Positions 23,732 through 39,733 of a DNA stretch of 64,000 nt are shown piece after piece; the stretch's first letter is position 1; each line of letters starts with the position of its first letter. The stretch covers positions 124,001-188,000 of the forward strand of contig DF237028.1 in assembly GCA_000708835.1 (NCBI GenBank), given 5' to 3'. The position numbers and the translations under genes are program-made. The notes under the pieces were generated by a model that saw only the letters and a list, made by a program, of their open reading frames with translations, did no database searches and was not told where the DNA came from. This DNA comes from Klebsormidium nitens (taxonomy: Eukaryota; Plantae; Klebsormidiophyceae).

Positions 23732-26700
23732 TCAATACGAAGCTAGTGCTGGGTCCTTAACTTTGGCCGGGTCCTCCCCAAAGGCGGCCTGATCCGCAAC
23801 GTTGTATGCTTTGTGCTCTATGTGAAGCCAGCGGTGCATCTCAGGGAGGGTCCGAATACGGGGGATCAGATTTTTTTGCAGATTTCGTATACTGCTTGCC
23901 TCTTTTTGTAGTCGAGCCTGGACGCAACGATAAAGAGGAGACTGAATTGAAGGATCTGCCTGGCGGCGCCAAAAACTCAGTGGTTGTTGAGGTAGCTCAA
24001 CATCCGTTTCATCCCATATTCCGGTCGAGTGCAGCTTTCAAGAGCAGACAGAAACGCGCCTTCCACCTTCCAAGCGGGGAAGGTACAGAAGGGGTCCTCA
24101 GAATAGAGGGTAGTACAAAATCAAGCGGAAAGAACATGCACGACATCAGTTTGGAGAAGGCAGTGTTTCAGAAAAAAAAGCCCGAAAGTAGGCTTCTAAG
24201 TCCCTTCCTTTTGTGTTGGCCTGTATCAGAACCGGCAGCGTTTTAATGCATTAAAACGGATCCGATTCTCGGCGTAGTTCCCGACCTTCTGTTGAAAGCG
24301 GTCCAAATGCTCACCTGGATGACGTCAGCATCTATCCCCTCGTCCGACGCCCGCAGGTAGTGCATCGAGAACCCTTGGCTGCCAGGTGTTCTCGCAACCG
24401 CACCCCCGTTCATCCCGCCTACATTTCCCTCATCGCTAGTTTCTCCGTTTCCGTCAAAACTGCTTGCAACTTGACTTGCCTCATGTCCAACCAAACCGCG
24501 CCCACTGGAATCATCCCCATTGTGGGACTCGATTCTGAGTGCGCCAAACTCGCCGGTTCCGTTTGCGGAGGCGGAGGCGGAGGCGGAGTCGTTGTGGAAA
24601 GCCGCCCCGGCGCCCTGAAGGCCGAACATCCACTCGAAGATGAGCCGGGAGCGCTCGAAGTGGAAGGCTGACGTCACCATCATGATGCGTCGCCAGCCGC
24701 GGGGGATGGCGTGTGCCGTCAGGGCAAAGTAGCCTGGACGAAAAGAGGGCAGGTCAGTAACGCAAGTCGTTGACGGAATCAGCGGCTACAGAAATAACGG
24801 CGTGAGCAGGGGCACTCTTGAAGGTCAACAGAGGCCGTCTAAGAGGGTACATTGTATTTCGAGGGGCAAAACATGTCCAAGGTGCTGCATGTGAACATGA
24901 CCTTCCAGACGACACCAGTTGTCGGAACGGCGCTCGAGGGTGCTCTTCAAAGGCTGTCTATGGCGCCCCCTCAGATGCAGAGTACGCGAGGTCTCGTTCT
25001 GAAGTGGAAACTCGAATCAGTGGAAACTCGAATCGAAACAATGGATTGCTGGGACGTTACTGCCCATGCAGCGCAAGTCCTGAGGGCTTTCAGAGAGTGT
25101 GAAGTGTGTCTGCTTACATGCAATCTGGATGAGGAGACATACTGGACAGCCAAGGGCCATAGGAACCACAAAACATTTTGTTTTGACGAACTGGGCTCTG
25201 TCTGCTGAATGGTCAACTTCGCTCACTCAGAGGGTCTGCAAGACGTGTCAAGCGCACATTACACCCCAACATTGCTCGAGAGCTTGACTCGAAGGGAACG
25301 AGGCTGGGAACGAGGTTAATGAGTGCCCTTAACATACAAATCGGGTTTACTGGCTCAAACACCGCAGATCGACAAACTCTCTTTCTGCTGGTCACAAACT
25401 TGACATTGATGATTCCAAACCGCATGTCAAGCATGTCATCAATGCTTGCAGACTTAAGTAACTTGAGGGGCCTGCATTCCAATCTGGAGGCGGCTGGAAC
25501 TTGAAGGTGTTTCTGAACTTTGACATCATGGACTTGACCCGGTTATGGCCAGCACTGTCTTCCCCCCTAGCAGAAGAGTGTCCACTTGGATTGCAGAGCT
25601 CGGCTTTCTTCTTGGCACATACTGAAGGCAATTACTAGACAGTACCTGGGAGTTGTGACTCACCATTTGCAATCGTGTCATATGAAGCCCATTCTTTGAG
25701 GATGTGGTCTGGATGTACCCCGTGCTTCTCCGTCAGGTAGGCTGCACATGATGTCCCTTCGTGGATCACGTACCCGTCTGCAGAGAGGAGATGCGATTCT
25801 GCGTTCTTTTACGAGCGTGTGAAGCATTTGAGATGAAAGAAGATTCCTGGTCAAGCAGTGAGTGCCTTCATGCATCTGCTTAGATCGATGAAGACATTCC
25901 TTTCTTGAGGTCTTCAAAGCTGCAAACATTCCAACTTCCTTTAGGGTGTTCTTGATGCATACTTCCTTGGAGAAGGCAGAGCGGCAGGCTGGCTCAAGGT
26001 TTTCAAAGCTGCCACTTTTCTTTCACTAAACGGCCATTTCAAGCTGCTACTGCCATGGGGGGGGCTATAGCCCCTGCGACACTTGATTCACGTCACCATT
26101 CTACAGCTCCTTGGATCAAGTCCAATGTTTGCCACAGTGTAAGTGTTTAAGTCCTCTTTACAAGCAAACGGGGCATCAGACTTATTGTTACCAATCTGTT
26201 GACTGGTCGCTTGTCAATGATCCGCAAGTTTAAGACAGTGGCATCAAATTGAGTTGAGATGCCAGGCTCATTTGAGCTGGCAATTCTCACCTTTGTTGAG
26301 CACAGGGGGTTTATGTGATGTACCGCCCCCCATGACAATAATGGGGCACCGCTTATCCTGAGCCACGTAAGCCCTGTATGTAGCGTCAAGCCTCCTCTGA
26401 ACCCATAACGGGACACCTCCATTGTTTGTCTGCCCGCCTCCCAAAACAAAGATACAGTCCAGCTGCTCCAATGCCAACAGTTCAGCTTCTGCAGTGGGAC
26501 TGGGCCATTCGATGGCCTGTGTGCTGAAAGGTGGCAATTCAATGGAAGCTGGTGGCGATGCAGAATGAACCCCGTCGGTCCAGTCTCCTGCCTTTGATGT
26601 GCACTGTACTAGCCTGCTGGCGTGATGACATCGCTTGGTGCCACTCCAAGCAACGGGCTCAGGGGCTAAGAACTGGAGCACACACTGCGATTGCAGGACT

Positions 26701-26975
26701 TGTGGCGTAACTTGAAACGTAACAGGCAGTCCTCTAGAGTGACAAATGAAACGCAAGCTCCCCTGCAGAGGTGCATATGTCCTTGCAACATTCTCTGGGC
26801 TCGACCTCGCAGTGCCTTTGAAATCGGCAGGAAGCAATTTGCAGCTAGGTGAATACGGGGCACCAATCTGGCACAATGGAGTCGACCAATTCGTTTGCAA
26901 GGGACACCTCTTCTGCAAAATGGAGGCAGCTCTCATTCTGCACAACGCCAAAGCGTCCTGTGCCACCGCCACCAT
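23732..26975 (-). CDS. DUF218 (YdcF/SanA/ElyC-like) protein with long N-terminal extension, possibly a plastid transit peptide
   Basis: Exons 26975-26291, 25777-25664, 24733-24315 and 23917-23732 join in frame. Motifs DCIFVLGGG, WVQRRLDAT, PIIVMGGGTSHKPP, EGTSCAAYL, ILKEWASYDTIANG, VTSAFHFERSRLIFEWMF and ARLQKE. The start codon is uncertain. Confidence 0.85.
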
Positions 26976-27545
26976 CCTTGAATAAGAGATCTGAAGTTGC
27001 TGGCACCGTGGTAATTGGCACAATGGCTGACTTGCATGAACCTGAAGTCTAGCGATCTGCAGAAATATGTTCGAATTTTTACATTACTTTTGTTACCGGT
27101 AGATTTTCTATGCCTGTGATCGAAATCTGCGTGGAAGCCGGCCCAGCCTGAACCTCTCAGACTCCTTCCGACGCTATCGGCACCCTGAAACCGGAGTATC
27201 GAGCTGGTTGATGACCACGCGCTCTTATGCCCACAGAACGTCCGCTTATATAATGGTCTCACCAGGCTTTCAGGTTCAGCCTGAAAATCATGGTGGCACA
27301 ATGTCGCGTTGAAGTTTCAAAGCATTGAAGTAGACAGCTTCCAACAAACGCTTCCACCTACTTCCACCACTGCCAATGGTCTGTCGTCAAAGGAACAGCA
27401 GAACGAGCGTCTCTAGCTCATGCATCTGACTTTTCCTCCTCCACACTCAGCTGAAAGGGAAGTTACAGCAGCAATTGCGGACGCTGAGGACACCCTGGCT
27501 TCCATCAAGCTTCGCAAGAAGCAATCTGATTCAGCCAGGAGCGGA

Positions 27546-30500
27546 ATGGCTGAGCATGTGGTCACCGAGATTGACGAAGCGGCAGCTGCCAGTGAAGGCC
27601 AGCCTCTTCTTGGCAGGCCTGAGGGTTTGAAGGCAATTGCCACGTCCAATGCAAGCGGCCGACGGTTGGCGTCCTTGGACGTTTTTAGAGGACTCACAAT
27701 TGCGGTGCGTGTTTTCTTTCCAGAAACAAGCATTGCCTTTTTCTTAACTGATGCGCTGCTTCCTTCGGTTGTTGATTGGAGTTGCAGGTGGTCGAGTAGT
27801 GACCTCATTCTATGCTGACCAAGTTCTCGACTAGTAAGTGCCAGCGTTTTACCTGTGGATGTCATGCTTCTTTCTGCCCTTGCTAGTCTTTGGTTGTCGT
27901 AAAAGCTTCTCCCAGCTCCTTTCCTTCACTTCCTTGATACTCTTTTCTACTGAACATGAGACAAACTTCTTCCAGCCTCTTCTTGACCCAAAAATTACCA
28001 CCGGCTGCTCGCGATGCAGGTCATGATCTTGGTGGATGATGCCGGCGGCGTGTACCCTGCCATCAATCACGCCCCCTGGGACGGTATCACGCTGGCTGAT
28101 TACGTGATGCCCTTCTTCTTGTTCATCATCGGCGTCGCTATGGCTATCGTCTTCAAGGTAAGATTTATCTTCTCAAAAACAAGTGTCTTTGGTCAAGCTT
28201 TGAGCAAAGGAACTTGATAAGTCCCTGAGAGAATATCAAGTGGCTCAGAACATCGTCACATTCTGCGGGTGTTGAAACCTGATTCCTGGCCGTTATTGCA
28301 GAGGGTAACCTCCCCCCAAGCGGCCGCCTGGAAGGTGGTGGTGCGCGCGGTCAAGCTGTGCGCACTCGGCGTCGACCTGCAGGGTCTGGCAAGCCGCCCT
28401 CTCCTCCAGTCCATTGCTGTGTCCGCTCACCGCTTCTTGCTGAGCGGTGCGGAGATCTGAGGGGGATTGTGTGGGGCATGGAGGTTGTCAGACGATGCGC
28501 ATGGGCTCGTCACTGTTTGACAATCATGGTTGTCAAAGTGCCTCTTGAGTCGACGACTTTAAGATTGCAAATTGGTCGAATGCCAATCTAGGTCAACGAC
28601 TTTCGAACTTTGGGATTGGTTCAGAAGGCAAGCCCACCTTTTCTGGACCAGCTTGGAGGCTGCACTTTTTCCCCCAGTCCTTGTGATACATGTCGTGATT
28701 TGGATTGTGTTACATAGGCCTGTCGGCAGCTTGTTTATAGGTTCATTTGCCTTCGTGACGAACTTCAAACAGCAATCAATTCTTTGTAGTGTCCATATCT
28801 CGGGTCGAGCTTCTGTCATTCCAAAAACAATATTCGTACAGGTCGTTCTTACGACCTTTTCACATCCCTTGAACGAGCTTGTTCGATCCCTAGCTGGGAG
28901 ACCCTTGAAAGCATGAAAATCTTTCTTGAGCCTACATTGCAAAAGGGAGAGACTGTCTCATCGCATCTTACTTCTGATGTGAAGCTCATGAACAAGATCA
29001 AGAGGCTTCTTTTTGGACAGAGAGATGTATTTTGCGCCAGAACTCGTTGGCATACTTGTAATCCTTCCCTAAACACCGACTTTCCTTTCGTCAGCACCCT
29101 TCTTTCAACACCCCCAGCCTTTCCACGAACTTGACTTCAAGCTCGGCCGCCTCAGCAGCACTTCTTGTTTCTTTGCAACTTATAGTCCATGAAGCTTCCT
29201 CGTCGCTCGCTTCCAATTCACTGGTCAACAGGACGTTTTCCCGTCTTTCTGCAGGGGACTTCGTACCTCAGCTCCCGGAATGTTAGGCATTCGGCATAAA
29301 GTCAACGGAACTCTATTGGGTCTTTGTTTGTCCTTGTGTCCCTGACGGTCCAAGCGTCATAGATCTTCGTCAAAGCCTGATCAACCTCCGTCGTTGATCA
29401 CTCTCCTCTTTCTTTCTCCAGGGGGTTTCTACCGCAGCCGCCCCGGCAGTGTGGCCATCAGCATGGACCTCACACGTCTCCGCTTCACGGGCATCCTCCA
29501 ACGAATTGCCTTTGCTTACATCATCGTCGGTGCATGTGAGATCAGCGTCCCTGCGCCGACGAGCGTACGGCGGGGCGCTGCTTTTCTCTACCAACATTAC
29601 GCATTGCACTGGTGAGTAGGGCCTCCTTACACGAAACATAAATTCACGTCAGTTGGCTTGCTTTCTTCACCGCCAATTGTTTCTCTGTGTTGTAGCTTGT
29701 CTCTTGATTGAGGACGCAAACCAGGTGCTCTATCAGTCTCCTCATGCCAGCACCGCTCCAATCGATGCCCACGAGCCACCTCTTAGATGGCTAGTCAAGT
29801 GGTTAGATTGTGACAGCAGACGCTGGTCTCGCAGGATTGTGTCTGGAGTGTTAGCTGTAATCTACCTCGCCCTCATGTACGGGTTGTACGTGCCGGACTG
29901 GCAATTCGAGGCTTCTGAAACTGGCGAGCTGCGGACGGTAGGCTTCGCTTCCTTCGTCATTTGGTCGCCCACTCGTTTCCTATTACGAGCTGGTTCCGTG
30001 ACACCCCCGAAAGACATGCATGGCTTCCAAAGTCAACTTCTCCTTTGCCGCGGCTGAAGACACGCTCTGTCGGACAAAAAAATGAAAACCAGGTCGAGAA
30101 GTTCTTTGTTTGGCGCGTCGCTCCGAATTTGAAGGTCCCAGAGTCCTGCCCATAATGTACTCTGCACCCTTAATGTCCTCTTCAGACTCTGATGAGGAGT
30201 TCGCGCGTTGCAACTGCAGGTCGTGTGCGGCACCCGGGGCAGCCTGACGCCCCCGTGCAGTGCGGTGGGCTACGTAGACCGGCTCGTGCTAGGCGTCAAG
30301 CACTTGTACCGGTTCCCAGCGTACAAGCGCTCCAAGGTGGGCTCTCTTGCTGACAATCGACAAGGACCTCAGTTTTCAAAACACCCGAAGAAGTCTCTTT
30401 CTTTTCTCTACCATAATAGGGTGAGTCCAATTCCGTTTACAGATGTCACCAGATCGCTCCCTGGAATATGGTGTGGATCACTGGAAACGAAAGGCCCGGG

Positions 30501-33500
30501 GTTTTCCATTCGGCCCTTCATCGAATAAGTCGGGGGCCTGACCTGCAACCTACCGAACGCTTTTGTTGCGATGATCACAAAGAACCTTGGAAAGGAATTT
30601 TGAAATGTGCATCTTGAAGGGAAAGCCGGAAGGAGTCGCGTTGAAACGTATCTTCGAATTCAAAAGTGAGAAGCCACTGCAGCGAGGACCGATGATCGCC
30701 AACAATTGTCACCACTCTGTATCTATAGTCCTCTACCCGACTTCTGTCGCTCAAGCTTTTCACAAGCCAACTGTTTCTTGTGCGACTTGATGCTTCCAAT
30801 GCGTCCGTTTCGACTCGCTGGGCCTACTACTTTGATGGTTTCTACCCACGTAGATTGATGGACTCTCAATCTCGATATGGCGCGACAGTACGTTTCTGCT
30901 TCCTGGCAGGCCTTCGGCCTGACCCGTGGTCCGTCGTTTCTGACAAAGCTTGTTGAAAGGCTCTTTCCAGAGCTTGGATGAGCCGTACATCTGACTCGTA
31001 CGCCTTTCGCGGCTCATTCGGTACACCTGAACCCAAAAACAAGGTACGCCTGAACCCGATAACAACGTTCCTTCACTGAAACAAGATGGTCTACGAACGA
31101 GCAGATTCTTTTGGCGCGCCTCTTGTTCCAAAGTTACAGGCGCGCCTCTTGTTACGAAGTTACAGTTAACAATATCATGAACCGCATCGGAATCTTGCGC
31201 CAAAGTCTTCCGTTTGGCCGCTATGTGTCCGATGCTTCCGTAAAGCCTGAATACGGAAACCGATTCTATTCAGGAGTGCAGTATGGACTCCCCCGGGTCC
31301 GGCCCTCTTCCCCCGGGCGCCCCAGTATGGTGTCAGGCGCCGTTTGATCCTGAAGGCGTTCTCAGCTCCGTTTCCGCGGTACTCAGCTGCTTCATCGGAA
31401 TGCACTTTGGCCACGTGCTGGTGCACTACCAGGTATGCGCGCGAGCAGCTCTCACCATTCCTGTTTTTCATTGGTCCTGAGCTGTTAGCGAGTACTGTCA
31501 ATACTGGAATCTTTGCGTTCTCGAGCTTCTTAGACACAATCGCATGGGTAACAGGCTGCTTTTAGCGAGGTTGAAGCTTGCACCAAAGAACAGAAGAACG
31601 GAAAGAAAGAAGAGCCGGTCTGCCTCGGACAGTCAAATAGCGAGCCGCTCTCGACTACGAGCTGCGACGCTTTTGCCTAACTCCTTTTCTTGAGACACAG
31701 CGCATTATTGGCCGCATCATACCTTTATCGCGGACCCAGCAGTTCCAACCCCGAAAGTCGGAGCAGACCTTACGTTGCACCGCTATACGGGAAGCCGTTG
31801 ACGTGCGTCTTTGCCTTGATTTCCCAACCGCATGCGACTTGAGTTTGTACAGGATCAAATTTGGAATCAGACACCCGCAGTCCGTGTAGACAACGCCGGT
31901 TCGACGGCCCCTGTATCGTTTTCTCTCTAGTTATCTCTTCTTTCGTCCGGAGAAGCCAGGCCGAAAGAGAAAGGTGAAAGGTCGAACCACCCTCTTGTGG
32001 GCTGAACGTGGCGAATGGATTTTGACAGGGCCACGCGGAGCGGATACACCACTGGCTACTGCTCGCGGTCCCGCTGACGCTGGCGGGCGGGCTGCTTCAC
32101 GTGGCAGGTAGGATTTCACGTCGGCCTGACGTCATCTTTCGGTCTCTCAAAGTCCCCCGTCTCCAAGTCAACGCCCTGACGATCACGGAAAGGGAAAGGG
32201 TATGTGGCAGAAAAACGGTGCTGCTGTTGGAAGGCCCTTGCGGTTCCTTGAAACTTCATGCAGAATTTGTAGACTCAAGGAGTCGTTTCGTCGCGGTGAT
32301 GTTAAAGTAGCGAAGCGGTAGGAATCCGTGTTCTTCAGCGTGCCCTTTATATCGAGAGCTCGCAAAGTGCGACCTTTCAATCCAATGACGTTCCAGATAG
32401 GGGCCAGTCTGCAAATCGCCTTGCTTTTGCTTCTCGGAGCCTGTGGTCTTCCTTGCACATCGGCATGTATAATAACCAAAACCAAGTGGATAGACATTCT
32501 CGAGAACGAACATGAATGTTTGTCGTATTTGCGTTTCTTGGCGACAGGTTTTTCATTCAACAAGATGATCTACAGCATCAGCTACGCCCTGTTCACCGGC
32601 GGCGCTGCGGGCCTCGTCTTCACCGCCTTCTATTACGTGGTGAGTTCGGCGTCCGCCTCGACCGCGTTTACTAGCAGCTGGTCGCCCTTTCTGCGGCAGG
32701 ATCCGAGCCTTACTCCTGCCGTTCTTCTTGCATGTACATTACCCTTACATGATCAAGCACAACCCGTACTCACTCCATGTACAGACTTCTAGTCGATCAC
32801 AGTACCACCATAATGAGGCTGTCTAAGGACTTTTGGTTGACTCGCAATACAACCAGAATAGGATTATTTGCGACAGCTTGCGTCACCATGTCGGCTTCTC
32901 GTGCCAGGTGGACGTACTTCGGATCCGCACACCGTTCCGCCTCCTCGAGTGGATGGGCCTCAACGCGCTGCTCGTGTTTGTGCTGGGTGCGTGCGGCATC
33001 CTAGAGACAGGCCTGCGCACACTCTACTGGGTCCGCCCAGAACAGAACCTGGTACGCTCTTTCTCGTCTTCGGGGCTGCTTTCTGCTTCCGGAACTGCAC
33101 ACTCTTCGTGAAAGATATTTCTTTCTTGACTCCTTTTCTGTTAACGTCTAAATCACGGACTTGAAAGGCGGGTAAACTCCGCTCGGAGGACTCGTGTCAG
33201 GCGTCCAACAGCCATAGTGCAACGTTCTCGAGTTCCATAATCCGGAGTGTTTCACTCTTTAGAGAGGGCAACGGCGTTGCTCGTTGATTTCAATCAGCCT
33301 TTTCCATGGCCACTTTTTGCCCGTGCGTGCACTTGTGCGGCTGGTCCCTTGCGTGTGTAGTTGTTTCACCAAGTGTGTCACCGGTTCCCGCATGCCACCA
33401 AGGTTGCCGTGTCCCCAAGGGCGCAAGGAATGCATGAGCTTGAGTCGTGAAAGCTGTCTCAACTGCAAGGTCTAACGGTAAACATGAACTTGTCTTTGTT

Positions 33501-33652
33501 TTGTGCAGATTGATATTGCTCAGCGGCACGTGTTTCAACACTTCATAGGCGACCCAGCCTTTGCATTCTTGATGTACGTGATCACAAAGATAGTCTTCTG
33601 GTGCTTGGTTGCCGGCGTCCTCCATAGACAGCGGTGGTACTGGAAATTTTGA
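27546..33652 (+). CDS. HGSNAT: Heparan-alpha-glucosaminide N-acetyltransferase-like multi-pass membrane protein
   Basis: Eleven exons (27546-27704, 28020-28157, 28302-28383, 29422-29611, 29835-29937, 30220-30336, 31274-31432, 32029-32107, 32548-32639, 32908-33050, 33509-33652). Motifs RLASLDVFRGLTIA, HAPWDGITLADYVMPFFLFIIG, GILQRIA, AVGYVDR, PFDPEGVLSS, FNKMIYSISY and WMGLNALLVFV. Confidence 0.92.
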
Positions 33653-33949
33653 TCGCACTGGAGATGCAACTAAGTTTGCAACTTGCTTTTGTGTACGCGC
33701 GCAAGTCCTATTTCATCCAATTCATCCAAGATTCGTATCGTCTGGTTTACCTCCTGCAATCATCCGTCCAGCTTCTGACATGCATTTCACGATGATTCTA
33801 ATCACCACAGCTTAGAGGCATTAAGTTCCCCCTTGACTTTGCTGCTCAACGTTGAATGAAATGATCTTTGAGCTTGCCCACGCGTGATTGTTTCCCAACT
33901 TGACATAGGTCTAGGAACCCGAGTCTTCCAAGGAGTGAATATCTAAGCC

Positions 33950-34620
33950 AAAGCTACTGGAAGTGTGAAGCTAGATACTATAGTTTCCATGAAATTACTC
34001 ATGCATGATCCGGATGCATAGATTGAAACATCATACCGCTTGACTGTAGTCTGAGCTAGATCAACTTAAAGCTCTTGAATAGCTAGTTGTAGAATTACAA
34101 AAGTTGTTGCATGTGTTGGCTGCAATGATGCCGCCCGGCTAGCTGGGCCACATAATCATGCATGGCTAGGGCGCAACGTGAGCTCATGACAATTGGAAGA
34201 TCGATCAACCGCGCGGAACGCCTAGCTAGAGCTAGCTAGCTAGATACCCGGCCCCGCGCCGGGTGAAATTAGTACGTCGACCAATGCTCTCGGCTTAAGC
34301 GCTGGCCTGTGAGCCAATCTACAGAAGCGGTGACACTGAAATTAGCAGTACACATGATTCAGTAAATAGAATATAAGCAATCTAGCTACTCCCTGGAGTA
34401 GCTACATTCTTGGTCCTTACTAGGTCCTAATAAGCTGTGCGCAAAGGCCGTGTGGAAGAACCGATCGAGCTAGGTACGTGTACCCACGCTGAGACCATGA
34501 TTCGACTCGTATACATACGTAGTGATAGGTGCCTATAAGAAAGTTTAGAAGTTTTGACAGACGGTTGACCACAAAACCCCTGCGTTTCTTCTAAGTGCGC
34601 AACCTCACAGACTTGTGCTA
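33950..34620. other. Palindrome-rich convergent spacer between HGSNAT and the aminotransferase
   Basis: About 38 self-complementary 4-mers by eye in 34081-34260 (about 11 expected). Tandem CTAG run at 34222-34243. Inverted repeat TAGCTACTCC-CT-GGAGTAGCTA at 34383-34404. Confidence 0.7.
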
Positions 34621-34838
34621 ATACCGTGTGACAGTATTCCGTGATCTCTTCAAATCGAAATGCTTTCGAAATCTCAAGTCTCTCCTTCCGACGTATCCCA
34701 AAAAAATGGTGGCTAAACTAGGCTCGACAAACTGCTCCATCGTGAACTTCATTCTCAAGGATAGTCATTGTAACTGAAATCAACCAGTGTCATGATGTTC
34801 GATTGGCACTTTAATGCTTGGAACCCTTCGCTTTGAGC

Positions 34839-38774
<3,936 letters not shown>

Positions 38775-39169
38775 GTTGGGTTGCTGCCCGGGCCCACAGA
38801 GAAGACAAGACAATCCGACAAGCGCAGCAAGCGGAAGAGAATGCTGCTTTCTCCTGCCTTCACTACAGCACTGCCGCACTTGCAGCCTGTTGCGACTTGA
38901 GTCTCGAGTATTCAGTGGAGAAAGCTTCCATGCAAGCTACGGTAGTTCTAATTTCCAACTTCCAAGTCCAGTCGGACTGCTGAGTCAGCTGGCACTTTCC
39001 TCTGGTATCAATCGGTGAGATCAGTCTTCTTCGGCTCGTACGCTCTTCTCACCGAAGAGGAGAGCAGGTAGGTACGTGCCCGATTCTCTCTGATCGCCCA
39101 CCCACGTGCTGCCACATGGCTGCTGCTGGTGCCCAGCATGATTTGGCCGCGGCGCCTGCTCCGACCTGC

Positions 39170-39300
39170 TCGACGAGCCTCGACCAGCTCTGCTCGATCT
39201 GAATCTAGCTCTAGAGTCTAGCCCTGGCCCTGGGCCTGTTGGACCTGGCCCTGGGCCTGCCAGGGCCTTGCCCTAGGACTCGGAGTCTAGATCATGGCCA
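39170..39300. repeat. Degenerate hexamer-periodic GC-rich repeat in the divergent promoter between the aminotransferase and prolidase
   Basis: Run ATCTAG CTCTAG AGTCTAG CCCTGG CCCTGG GCCTG; CCTGGCCCTGGGCCTG occurs twice and contains TGGGCC (site II-like) motifs. Confidence 0.4.
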
Positions 39301-39733
39301 GCCCCCGCTTAACTTCAGGCCACAGATCTTAAATTTCCACTGTTTAACAGCACGTACGAGGGGTGCAAAAAGTCGCTTGGAACGAGAGGAAAAACCTGCA
39401 TTGCGACTTGATGCAAGACATTGAAGACTTTTGCAACGTGTGGTTTGGTTGCAGCAGATGGTTACTCACAACAATGCATTCTGGTCCTGATTCACAAGAA
39501 AATGTGAGTGTCTGCATCAAGAAAATAATACCAAAATAGGACCAAAATAGTGTGTTCGCAGCAATATCTGCATAGCTTATTCCGTTTTGGAGAAAGTTTC
39601 AGCGTGAGCTCGTGCTGAGGACACGTCTGTTGTACCCCTCCAACATCAGGATACCAGGGTCCCTGATCGTGGATGTAAGTTAGAAAGTTCAGAGGTTCTA
39701 CGCCCAATTTGGAAAGTTATCCAGGTGTATAAG

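Noticed and set aside
24852-25208. 118-aa plus-strand ORF inside a DUF218 intron, and similar intronic ORFs elsewhere
   Set aside because: No motifs, no splice context, and intron-like composition.
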